Shown: piece after piece, positions 1 through 13,300 of the stretch
Layout: every line of letters starts with the position of its first letter
Numbering within the stretch: position 1 is the stretch's first letter
Position numbers and translations under genes: made by a program
Source: Trichoplax sp. H2
Taxonomy: Eukaryota
Direction: 5' to 3'
DNA: 64,000 nt
Assembly (NCBI GenBank): GCA_003344405.1
Contig: NOWV01000015.1
Coordinates: 1-64,000, forward strand
Notes under the pieces: model-generated
Database searches by the model: none
What the model was told of the DNA's origin: nothing
The model's input: only the letters and a program-made list of their open reading frames with translations

Positions 1-29
1 TAAAGGTAGAAAATAGAAAAGAAGACAAG

Positions 30-2820
30 CAGTAAAATATTGAATAGTATTCGAATTCGAACTGCAGTTCACACACTCTCTACAATTCAAACTGGAAAAT
101 ATGAACAATTGGGCGCGATGCAGTTATATATATTGCAGGATTAAAAATGTCTATATCTAATGTTATTGTTATACATAAACCTCAACACATCATAGACCGG
201 GTATCAAGCTGATAGCGGTAATTAACTATCGCTTTACGTCTGATCTTACATCAGCCTCTCTTTGATGCCCAAACATATTTTGTAATAATTAATTACAATG
301 TAAGCTACTAAATTCGAGATTGATTTAGATTATATTATTCACTTTCCTCTCTCTCTAAATGTAATTGAATAGACTAGAAAAAATTCTTCATCACCAGCTG
401 TAACCTTTATTCTACTCGAGTAAACTTGTTAAAGTAAAGATTCTTTCGTGTATATAACGGGATAACCGTATGCTGAATTATAAAGCGAACAATGAAGTGA
501 GAGTTTTTTTAATTTTATCAGTTATCAAAATACAAACTACGTTAGCATCAAATAAAAAAACTTAGTATGGCGTACTGTATTGGCATATAGAAATGCAATG
601 CTGAGGTACAAATTATCATATTTTCTACAAAGTAATTTAAAGCAGAATATCTACGTGATAGAATTAAGTAAAATAGTAGATAAAACTATCGCTAATTGAT
701 TATGGCTATTTTTATTTGATATCCAGTTAAGATATTAACACCATGGCCACATTTTGTACATCTTATTAAGGAAATCATTTCGATTAATATTGACATATGA
801 AATAGAAAGTATTATAGTAGATAATGCGTACATAAAGTTTTTAGCAGACAGTAGTTGCTAATAAGACAACTCAGGTACTGTATGAACTACTTGTAATAAG
901 TGCTTAATTAGGGCCACGACCGACAGCCTCGATGCTATCTTCTAGTAATTATGTACTACAATGTCATATCGTTAGTAAGATTCGCATTTTCGCCAGTTCT
1001 TGCATATTAGGCCTTAATCTGCTTTGCAAATAGTACTGGTCAAAGACCATTTAGAATAGTAAAATAAGAGCCTTAAGTATAGTAGCATATAGACTATTAC
1101 GCTTATCCAAAGGCTAATCATATAAGAGTAAAGATAAATACAGTACGATGGTAAACTACTTTTACTGGACAAAACCACCTTTAAGGAACTATTACTAAGC
1201 ATAGTATTGATACTAACTTGTTTCTAACTGTATCAACTAATGATTATAAAAAGTATGCTGTAGGATTGACTATAAGCTATTTCAGCGGTTGTTTATTATT
1301 AATACGTGATCACTGCAGATTATAACAGATTGTGTGCCAAGGCTATCTTGAAAACGGAGTATCGTTTACACGGAATAGAACAAATTACAACATCAGAATT
1401 AGCAGTTTCATTGGTTATAATAGTTAGCTCCTTACTCGATGAAGTAAAAATTTCAATTCCTTCAACAGCTGCTTAGCTGCTTTTTACTTGCCAAATATTA
1501 AGACGGTTTCTATTTTTATAACAATCAACATGAGAAATAAGCCTCAGTTTCATGTAGCCATTGCAAGAAAAATGAACATTTCATTAGAATACTAGTATAA
1601 AATTGTTGTAATGGTAATTTATTAAATTTCTTAATCAATTATCATTTGATGATATAATTAATTGAACGATTACAACCATTACTGTATATATTGAGCGGTA
1701 AGCTCAAAGGCTGATATAAAATAAAATTTATAAGTTCCTTTGAAAAACTGTCCTACATAGGTTGTCTTATTTAAATGATTACAATAAATTTAGTAGCCTT
1801 GGCGAGACATGTTTAGTTCCAGCCTCGTTATGAAATCAGATCTTACCTACTATTGATTATTTCCATTAGCAAAGTAAAGGATCTTGATGGATTTATTGAC
1901 GAATATGAATAGAGTTTGGCTTTATGATTTACTTGCCGCTTAAAGTAGATTTGATTGATTGAACTATTTTGTTAGCTATGCTCACGTTCGTAGATGGTAG
2001 ATGCGATTCTAATATTAATTAATTAATCAATAATCTCTTGTAATTCAGTTTCCGATTGCAGTAGATCTTATTAAGAACTTCTACCGCATTATCTCCACCT
2101 TTTCGATAGCAGAATGTGATTCTATTATTGACTGAACTTTCGTGATTCAATTTTCGATTGAAGTAAATCGGATGAACGATATTGCCTCCAGATTGATTAT
2201 ACTGTACTTTATGCTGTATAAGCTTATATCTGATTCTATTATTATTATTCCATAACCAGTCAATACAAATGACGATTTATGGCAGACTGAGAGAGAGTTG
2301 AAGATACTCTGCTATTGATGTTGTTATTGTAGAGCTGTTGTGATTTGGTTACCAATATTGGTTAGCAGAAATTAAGTTTAAAGCATTCAATTGATAAGGT
2401 TAAAATTAATGCAATACTAGGAATTCTCTAAGTCCATGAGTGATCCATCGTTGATCGATTTTAAGTTTACATGATTTTGTTAGAAACTGCTAGTAACATT
2501 CATAAAAAATTAAACACGAATCGATAAACCTAAAAAATTTTATTACATTCCTATTGGATAACATTGAGTATACAGCTAATATTTCGCCAATAATTAATAA
2601 CAGCAATACGCTATTAAAAATAGGGCTGCCATTATTATACCGTTAATTTTAATCTATTTGGAAAATAACAACAGTTATAATAGCTATCTGCTGTCCAGAA
2701 TCCACAAAAAAACTGAAATGATGCTTCTTATTTTAACCTACTGGTTACATGATAGTACTAACAAAATACATTATCTATAGTATTCGGTAGTGATGTTGTA
2801 AAATACGAAATAACCGTTGA
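30..2820. repeat. Degenerate segmental duplication, copy 1 (partner ~4920-6570)
   Basis: Collinear similar blocks: aaaatattgaatagtattcgaattcgaactgcag (~35) vs aaaatattaaacagcattcgaattcgaactgcaa (~4923); catcttattaaggaaatcatttcgattaatattgac (~760) vs ~5638; ~1830-1900 vs ~5890-5960; ~2450-2810 vs ~6230-6560. Confidence 0.7.
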
Positions 2821-2837
2821 AATACGAGACCCAATTT

Positions 2838-3682
2838 TTACTCGGCATATGCCCCACCTATCCACCAAGCAGTAGTTGAATTTTTGTTGGCAGTACAAGA
2901 AAATGTTGGATTATGAGAGTTATAGTAGCCAAACACGTCTTCATTGGCTACAAAATTAGTAAAGCCAAATCTACTACAAGTAGTTGTTGCGGCACTAAGA
3001 TCGATATGAAGATGATGTGAACTAGAAGCATAAAATGGCATCTGGCACTTTCTACATGATTGCCCTCTGATATTGATATAATCTACCTCTACACAGCCAC
3101 CGTTTATATTACTGAGAGTAGAAGCACCTCTACATGCCGAGAATCTTATATAGTCGCGACGATTAGCTAGACCAGTTCCTTCAATGATATTGAAATTGCA
3201 TGTTGAACGATAATGTGTGGATCCATAAGAAGATAAAACAGAAGACATATGATGGGATGGAAGGCGAAAGAGAGACATAGAGGTATGACATTCGCCTAAT
3301 GGGATATTGACACTGAAGCCCTTATTATGTTGTGCTTTTTGAGCATTTTCGAGAGTCATAGATTCAATTAATGTCCAAACGAAAGGCGGTTCTGATTCGA
3401 AATCGCAAAAACTTCGGAACGGGTTACCGTTAGCATCATAAAGAGTGAAAAAGCCATTTTCAGTAGCTTTAAGGAATTGTTTAACTTCATAGCATGATTT
3501 AGGTTTGTGATGTGTCTACAGAAGCAAATGGCATTATTTTTATTACAGATCGAAATCAAGGGAATTAGAATAACTAAGGGTATACAAGTATATCCGATCT
3601 AAACTTGAGCTATTAGACTTACATTTGGCATGACAAGTGGTAAGAGAGCCACAATTGCAAAGAGAGACCAGATTTTGATCAT
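2838..3682 (-). CDS. Secreted fibrinogen-related-domain-like (FReD-like) cysteine-rich protein, 2 exons (3682-3623, 3515-2838), ~245 aa
   Basis: Exon 1 encodes a signal peptide (MIKIWSLFAIVALLPLVMPN) followed by a GTAAGT donor. After a TGTAG acceptor, exon 2 reads THHKPKSCYEVKQFLKATENGFFTLYDANGNPFRSFCDFESEPPFVWTLIES in frame into the 173-aa ORF. The pattern PKSC..G.(Y/F).L....G.PF..FCD....WTLI resembles the N-terminal part of fibrinogen-related domains. Confidence 0.75.
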
Positions 3683-4919
3683 CTTGAATTAGATAAGAAA
3701 GGAAATTTGTGTAACGCTACTTGCATAAAAATGATGCGGTTGTATTCAAGATTGTGTGAGGAGAATGTAAGCTTAATTTCAATCGTGAGCGGTTTTATAC
3801 TAAGAGTATTATTCTACTATTACAATGGCTCACTTGTGGACTACAAATACCTGCTGAGTTAATTAGAAGACTGCGGGGTCAAATTTCTATTTTCATTCCC
3901 TGTTCTAACTTGATATACAATGACTATTATATAAAATAGAATTAAAATTTTCTTCAGCCTAGCCTCACCAAATGATGTCTGCCTCAATTTGATGGATATT
4001 AATTAAGCTAGTATGAAGCAGGTTCCCTCTTCTAAGTTTACAATTTATACCAAATACTATTTCAAGTATTTACTATTCCCTAAGTAAGCAAACAACATTG
4101 CCAATAATGCCAATTGCATGTGGCATTTTACATTTTTACACTGTTTACCCTTTAACTTTATGCGGATGTAAAAACTAATATAGAAAGATTGAACTTTGCC
4201 CAAGGTTGGATATTAAGTATAATCTGTCATTGTTGTATTATTAGTACTGTGATCGCATTATTCTCTGCTGTTTTCTCAGTGCTCGTATACAAGCGTTCAC
4301 GATTGTTAAATTGAAGTTTCTCTCCGGAGATTACAAGTCCTATATCGCCAAGCAATAACTTAGGATCTACAGATATTGCGTCATTCGTAGCTTAAATTGT
4401 GTTTAGTGTTGTATGTAGTGAAATAAATTATTAGTTAACTGAGAGTTACTAAATTTATTTATTATTTAGTAGAGCATATATCTCAGCTAGCTAGTAATCA
4501 GTGTACCTTGTGAGCTACCCCTGCTCCGTCAAAATAAACTGAGCGGTAACAATCGCCACAATTTTCAAGAATTATGACCTTTAATTAATCATGCTGAAAG
4601 CTTGTTATTACTATAATTCATTTACTGTACGCCATTAATATTCCTAAGCTATCAAATAGACTATAAAATCTATTTTCGGTAGCTTGAAGATACTCTTTGA
4701 TTTCTTAACAAGATTTAGCGTGATGTTTGATAAACTGCTAACAGTAAAATATGATTTTAATATTAATTTTATTAGTAGAATAAGAATTTGTTAAGAATGT
4801 TACTATAGATAGCATAGCAATAACAGTAAAAGGAATCTATCCATGAAGTAAGTAGCTAGAATATACCCGATAAAAATCCATCGGGTAGCTAAAGATGAAC
4901 TTAAGAAAAGATGACATGC

Positions 4920-6570
4920 AATAAAATATTAAACAGCATTCGAATTCGAACTGCAATTCCCATACACTCTCTTTAATCTAAACTGAACAATATCGATAAT
5001 TGGATGCCATACACTTATTTATACAGCAGGATTACAGAAGTCTATATCTAATGTTATTGTTATACATCAGAAGTTGAGGGCGGTAATTAATTATCAATTT
5101 AGGTCTGATCTTATACTAGCCTCTCTTTCATGCCCAAATTGTTTTTTGCAGTAATTAATTATAATATAAGCTACTAAATTTGAGATTCAGATTACATTCA
5201 TTATTTTCTTTTCTCTCTAAATATAATTGAATAGACTATGCATGCTGAGTTATCAAGCGAACAATGAAGTAACATTTATTTCTAAAGCTATCATCGGCTA
5301 TTATCAATATACCGGACTATATTAGCACCAAGTACACAAAAACTTTGCATAATGTATAGATATAATCGATAGCGCAATGCTTAGGTATAGCTTTTCATAT
5401 TTTTTAGAGAGTAATTTATAGCATAACTTCTTCGTAATAAGATTGATAAAAATAATAGATAAAATAATAGAATGCAGCCTTCGCATGTCTATGTAAGTAC
5501 GGCTAATTTATAGTTGTGATGAAATTTCATTGTAAATGAACGAAAAATCATAATAGCTGACCACCGTTGCTTAATCATTTTTTGTCCAATTTTTTTTGAT
5601 ATCTAATTAGATATTCATAAAACAGCTGTATACAGTACATCTTATTTAGGTGATCATTTCGATTAATATTGACCTACGGAATAAAAGATATTGTAGTAGA
5701 TGATGCATAAATAAAGCGTTTATTAGATAGTTGCTTCTAATAAGATAACTATAGTACTCTTTGGGCTATTTGTATGAAGTGTTTAAGGCTAACTAAGGTT
5801 ATGACCAATAGCCTCGAATTATTCCTATTTGAATAATCACGATGGCTGCAATGCGGAATATGCTTAATTCCGAGCTCATTTTAAAATTTGAATCTTGCCT
5901 ACTAATTACCGTTTTCACTGACATAGTAAAAAGATCTTGATGACTTTATTGATTAAGATGAAAATGATTCTGTTGAATGATTCACTGTTCAAATGAGAAT
6001 AAATCCGATTGATGTGCTGTTGTTTACAGTATACTGTCATTTTTATAGATAGTAGTTGTGTTTCTATTATAATCTGGTATAATTTTATAAACTTTGATGA
6101 TTCTATATTTGTTAAAGTAGATCTGATTGATTTTATTAAAATGATTTGTGGTAGATTATATTCTCGGCTTTGTAGTTATATGAAATTCTATAATTACGCA
6201 ATAAAATTTCACAAATCAAATTACGATTGTATCGATTGTTGTAAGATTCTAATTTTCAAAACCTTGTTGCTTTTGTTAGTTGCATTTATAAAGTGTTAAA
6301 TACTAGCAGATTGGACCGAAAAACTTTATTAGATTCTTACACGTTTTAAAGCTAATAACAATCTTATATACGAGTATATCGCTAATTCTAATCTATCAGT
6401 CCGTAAAATAATTATAATAGTAAAATTTATTTGCTATCTAAGGTAGATAATAAGAACTACATCGATGCTACTTGTTCTGATCTTCTAGTTGTGAGAATTT
6501 AGTTAGCGATGTAGAAAATTATATTGGTTATGCCATTTCATCATGATACTGTAAAATATGCAATTGTATA
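4920..6570. repeat. Degenerate segmental duplication, copy 2 (partner ~30-2820)
   Basis: Same collinear blocks as copy 1, interrupted by indels. Confidence 0.7.
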
Positions 6571-7318
6571 AAAGTCGCTAAGGGCGCATTGAATTATAGT
6601 GACTAGGTCATATATGTAATTCTTTAAATCAACCGCTATTAAGATCCGTAGTTCAAATAATTATAAGTTGAAGTTTATATCGATTTATTCATGGATGAAA
6701 TTGAATAGAGATTGGCTTTATGATTTACTTACGGATTGGACTAAATATGATTGATTGGACTATTTCGTTGATTATGCACATGTTTAAATACTGGTAATCA
6801 ATCTCTAGTGTTAAAATTAAAATTGTATATTGAAGTAAGAATTTGTTAATTATAAGATACCAAATAATGATGCTCATAATTTCAAAAGATATCTTTCTAG
6901 ATTGCTAATTAATAGCGTTCATGAGATATTTAATTAAATCAAAAAATTATAAGACATTACATGTCCTAGAGATGAAAAGCAGTTGTTAGATGTAGTTTGT
7001 ACATAAGCAATTTATACAAAGGATTTTAATATATTCTGATTTTAATCTATTCGTATGCAATGATTTGTGTCTTTTCTTTACTCAAGCACAAATATAAATG
7101 GTATGAAAAAATCGATATACCAAAAGTATATCGATGAATACATATTGTCGAAAACACATAAATACAAATTTACTTTTTGGTACATAAGTTACCGGTAATT
7201 TTTGCGAATTAAATTAATTGAAGACATCTTCACTAAATAAAACGAATGCTTGAAATATCAGCTTCTTTTAGTATCGCATATTTGTATAATATAGATTCGT
7301 TTGCGTTTGAATTTTAAC

Positions 7319-10300
7319 TTATTTATCTCGATTTAATATGGTTTCCGCGACCGAACGAAGACCACAAGCAAAGAGAGCCTTAACTAGTGCCAACTTTGTA
7401 AATGTTTCACCCATTAACTTACAATGTGAATCGAGCATGTCTACACACTGTTGATCAGTATCATTACTGTTGTCTTGAGAAATTTTCTTAATGTTAGTGT
7501 TGGTGAAATCTAACTCTCTTGCTAAATTTTTCCAATCAGGGCCTACTTTCTTAGAAATGATATTGATATAGGAGCTTGCAGCTACAAATTTACGGTATTA
7601 ACAATTCATTAAATTTCAATTTACTCTTACATTAAGCTATCCGTAAAGCATTTGTAAATTCATTTAATGCATACTACTAAGCACGATACAGTAATGGAGT
7701 TAAAAAATAAATAGCAGCCGGGTGACAAATTACATTTGGGATTAAGCTCAATAATGTAAGTAGAGTAAAAATGGATAATGTTAAATTAGTACGGTCATAA
7801 ACTTACGCGAATCCGGGCTGACGATGTAAATATCAACTTTTTGACCTTCGATATCATCAATTTGTCTTAGAACTGCATCATTTCTACCATTATCGTCCGT
7901 ATCTTCTACTATCGCAGTCACAAGGATAAATATAAATGTTTAATAAGAGCAAATATAGGATTGAAGAAATTGTCTAATGGCATGTCTTAAAGGTAAGTTC
8001 ATTAATTTGGCGGTACAAGGCACATTGAATGCGTTCGAGCGAAAACTAAAATCATTTCTGAGCTAATATAGCCCGATTTTATCGGTGTTGGTACCGTACA
8101 GCTGTTTTATTTTAAAATATATGCGGTTGTTTGCTAGCAGTAGAATTTACATTAAGCTTTTAATTGACGACGTTAAAGTCAATGCGCATATTAAAATGGA
8201 AGGGATTGAATCAGTAAACGATAAAGCTAGTATAGCTAGCACTTTAAGTCATCTATACAGAAATGAATTAGACTTTTTAGTCCACAGTGGGCTGGACTAG
8301 GAATTTCTTACAGACTTAATATTTATTGATATTATACATGCAAAGAAAATGAGGGGAACTGATGTATAACTTAGTGTAAGAAATTATCGATTTACTAATA
8401 AATACGAAAGCAAAATTAGTTCCGTAAATCTAATAGCTCATTTATGTCAAGTACTACAAGAATATAAATCAAAATCCAAGAATTGCGAATTAACTAATGT
8501 TTATCAAAATTTATCCAGCAAGGACGCGAATTTATCACTAATTAACTTACCGGATGACATAACCCACTTATGGGTAGATCCGCATTCATAAACATCGCTG
8601 CAATCGCAAAATATTATATCGGAGCTGCCATCGATAGGATTAGATACAGGATTAAAGAGATTACAGCTAGGACATTTTATAAAGTAAGAACAATCTGATT
8701 TTTCACATCTTGGCATCCTTTCTTTAATCAGGGATGATAGTTTATTCCGAAGAAATTCATATGGCTTCTTCTCATTTATGGATTTTTTCACCTTTGCTTC
8801 TATTTGTAGCTGTAATTGTGGTTTATTTGGTACCATTCGATAGCGATATTGGATACCAATATAGGAACTCTCTTTTTTAACTACAATATCATAACAATCT
8901 TCTTTCAGCCGATATTTTGCACACTTGTAACGTGGCTCAATCTCTGACTTTTTCCATTCTTTATAGCAAGATACAAGTAAACAAAATAAAATGCCATCAG
9001 GAATATAAGGCATTTGTGATGGCTTAAATCCAACGTAAAGCCATCCTGACACTTTAAATCCCTGGCAATCAAATTCTTGGCTATTTGAACGAAATAAATA
9101 GGGCACGAAATACTGATCAGGACAACCATCATCTTCTTTACTGACCTTGCAAATAATGTCATAAGATTCCATTAAATCTAATAAAAATTTTCTTTCCTTT
9201 TCTTCTACTCCGAGCTTGTCGAATTTGTCATTAATATAGTGTTGCGACATGATTCCTGTATTTCGAGCGACTTCATATTCTGCATTTATTGCTAGTCCTT
9301 TACTATCAGGTTTATCTAACTGAATAATTGAACGAAATACATTTAATAGCCATTCAACTTGAGTAACAACTTTTCCTTTGACAGGTTCTTTTTGGCAATA
9401 AACGATTTCTCCTAGATCATGAAGATAGAGTAACATTTGATGAATATCTTCAATGCCGTCGCATAATTTGTACTCTTTGGCTAATAGCTCGATTTCTTCA
9501 GCTGTCATAATTCTGCTAACACTCTGATTTAACTTTGTATGAAACTTTGCCGCTTCTTCATTAAATCGATCAGGAAATGTATGTAATATAGCTGCCATAA
9601 TATACCATTTAAGTGGAATTTGAGAGAAACGATCAATGAAGGGTTGATGATTAACAAAGTCCCTTAGAATATTATGTAATTGTCCGCAATTTTTTTGACG
9701 CTGCAATCGCGTTTCTTCACTGTTATCCTTGTCATTACAGTTAAATATAATTCCAGATCCATATATATGATCAGCATAAGAAGGAAATTCTCGAAGAATA
9801 GTATTTTTAAATATCTCAAATCTTTCTTGACAGGCCTTTTCATCACCTAATTTATCAGCGTGTGTCCCGACTAAAATAACCATAGGCCATGCGATATCTT
9901 CTAAAACACCATCTATTTCGGCCTTTGTCCTAGCAATACTTTTACTACTACCTATAATTGAAGCAAGCCATTCTTGTAGGGCTTCCAAGTATGTCATTTC
10001 AGTATTATTGCCTTCTCGATTAACGACATGATTGTTCATATCTTGAGACATATCTAGGACGAGAAGATAAATGCAATTGTGCGATAGGAATGGTTGATGA
10101 GTTATGTGATAAATAGAATGACCAGCAAAGTCCCATAGTTTACCGTAATGGCAGTGATCTATTACTGAAGCTTGATCTGATTCAGAGCTTCCTCGAAAGT
10201 AATTCTCAAGAAAATCTAGTGGAATCATGTCTTCATCAGCCGGCATAGCCTGAGGACTGGTCTCGACGAGATTGCTTGCATAAGCAGTACTATCTAATCG

Positions 10301-13300
10301 AATTAGTGGCGATGGTGTCGAGGATTCAATATCATTCAAGCTGGAATCAGTATATGATTCCTCTTCTCGTATTTGGCGTTTAACAGTTTCGATCGCTGTA
10401 ATGACTTTTCTAGCTAGAACTGCTTTAAAATCATCAACTGATTTATCATCCATGTTATAAGTGACCAATTTGACAAGTTCTTTTGTAATTACTGCTGCTG
10501 TTGTCGCTCCAACTGCTAGAATCAAGCCTTGTCGTATAAAAGCTTGAATAAGACATGATTTTCCAACATTTTGCGGACCGGTTATCATGATCCTAATAAA
10601 GTCATTACGACAGGATCCGCATCTTCTAGCTTTAACATAGGCTTCCTTATATTCTTTTTCTTAGGATAAATATGAATATTAAATATGAATAAAGAACGAA
10701 TAAAATTATTTTATTCATGCTTCATTTTCAATTAACTTTAGCTATAGTATTCTACGAAGTAATCCAATCTGTAAATCTGCACTACAATGCATTTAAAATT
10801 ATCTCAGTTTGAATCTAAATACATAAGACAACGGTACGAATTAAGGCTGTCGCCAATCCTAACAACTGTACAACCGTATCTATGGCTATTTAACTACTTG
10901 ATAAAAATAATGACGCTAATGGTGTAACTTAGAATACCTTCGGCAGACTTCGATGCCTTTATATTTTCGTCTTGAGTTTTATCTTCCTGTTCAGCTAATG
11001 GCTCTTCTCCTACATTAAATGAATATCGATCTTCAGAGTAACTTACGTCATTTTAATTCAAAGATTATTTATAACTAAATTCCTCGAGCTGATACAGTAA
11101 AGGCTAGCGATAGTAGCAAATTCTTTACCTTTAAGAATGCTTTCTATACTGATCCCACAGTATTGTAATGCATTACATAATTCGTTAAGCACCTTATCGT
11201 CATGCTGAGGTAGTGTTTCTAATAATGTTTTCATGCTCCTAGAATGGAAGTAGGCTTAGTTTAAGATCTCGCCTTAAAGTGATTTATTTTAGTATCAAAT
11301 ACGGTGTTTCAGTTCACTACTACTTCCAAATAAATAATGTGAAATAATGATAGCAAATATTAAAATGCTAACTCATGATCATTTGGTTTGGCAAAAATAG
11401 CAGATTGTTGAGATGGAGTTAAAATTTCTTTTGATCGCAGATATGAAGTAACCGCAGCGAAATTTTGTAGACAATCTCTGCTTTGTAGTGCGTAAATGTA
11501 AATTCGGTTCTGCTTTTGCTCATTAAATGTTTCAGAAGCCTTTTCAGATGGCAATTTAGTATCAGATGTTGCGGCATCTAGACATTGTAGGCGATTAATA
11601 CCATTACTTGCTCGTCAATGAAAGAAATAATGATCGCATGCTCATGGTCATGACTGCTGTATTAACAAGTCTGGCGATTAATAAATTCTCACTGTTGGTG
11701 GATACTACACCTTTGTATATGTCATAACTGGAATTCTCTGAATCTACTGTATCTTCTTCGTCTATATATAAAAATAAAATCAAATTTAAACTCTAATGTA
11801 AAGATTGAATTTTCTTACCTAGAAAGGGTTCAACGTTCGACCACTAGAACTACGTTTTAAATGCAAAGTACAATCTTAATTAGATTACTAACCTTCAGTA
11901 TCATCTGTTGCACTAATTCTGGGATCTACATTTTCCAAGTCTATAAATGTTTAGATAAAAGGATAACGTAATAAGTCTAATTAGCATAGGCTTCTAAATA
12001 TCGATTATCGCATAAATGAACTCTAATTTTCTCTGACTATGTAAGTATTAAAAAATATATTCGCTCCGTCTATTTAATGAAGTTATGATTTTCAGTGCTT
12101 TATAGTTGTAATGACTTGACTGTGTGTTTGTTCATAACTTTAAAGAGTCTTAATTTTTAAAGTAGTTGTATACCTTGATAAAATTCTTCCTCGTGAATAG
12201 ATTCATCATCAATCTGATTGCCTAATATTATCAAGAAATCATTAGATGAAACTAACTGAATCAAAGACTTACAATATAGCTACTAAGGTAAGTCAATTTC
12301 AGCAGGAGTATACTACAATACATTACAACCACATTTATGGTACATTAAAATTACCTTCAGAGGATCCACGGCCATCGCCGTAAAAAAGCTTCAATCTAGC
12401 TTCTACGAGAGACAAACGATGCAAAATATTAGTTTAGGCTCAAAATCCATAATGAATAAAGACATAAACGTTTGCTAAGGTATTGCATTGCGATTAGTAA
12501 TTAGAACTGTACCTTTAACACCAGGTTCACTTTTACTGGTAAGGATTTTGCTTGATGGACTTTCTGATTATAATTATTTAGAGTAGAGAAAGTGAGCGGT
12601 GGTAATTCGTATAAGTTTACATACCAGTATAAGAGAAATGCTCATTATACCGTACTTTTGATAATGCTTTTAAATTCTTCTTCATCTGTAGAACTTTCTT
12701 GTAGCTTAGCTTTAAATGTCGAAAATTTCGAAAGGGTATTTTAGACTGACAAAATTTATAACAGCAAAAGGTATAAAAAAAATATTGGCAATGAAATCGA
12801 TTACTACGATACCTTTACTAGAAACGATTTACCAATATTAGAGAAATGTACAGAGTATATTTATAGGTTAAGATGAATTCATGAAATATCAAAAATGCTA
12901 GGTACTTGACAATTATAATCAGATGGTTGCTAACTAGGATGAAGTTCTATTTTCCAAAATGATATGATTGCAATTACTCGACTGCATGGTTAACTTTAAT
13001 TAGTCATAATATTAAAGCGGTTGCATACCTTGATGGAACTTTCCGTCTTTAACGGATTTGTTATCCACTAGAATATCTAATAATTATAAATAAATATATT
13101 GTCATTAATTGTCCTGTTGGAGGTACTAAATTAGATTAATTTAGCAGGAGCATACTGTGATATTACATAGCCATGTTTATCAAAAAAAGGAAATTACCTC
13201 GAGAGGACTGAACTTTAGTATCAAAAGAAAGTTTTATTCTAGCTTCTAATTTAAAAATTGATATGAGTAATAAGCTTTAGCCGATGACATTGATGACAGA

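Noticed and set aside
8504-10588. Interpretation of the P-loop proteins as NACHT/NB-ARC (NLR/Apaf-1) ATPases
   Set aside because: WDFAG and GTHAD are GTPase G3/G4 motifs, and the downstream motifs are COR-like rather than STAND-like.
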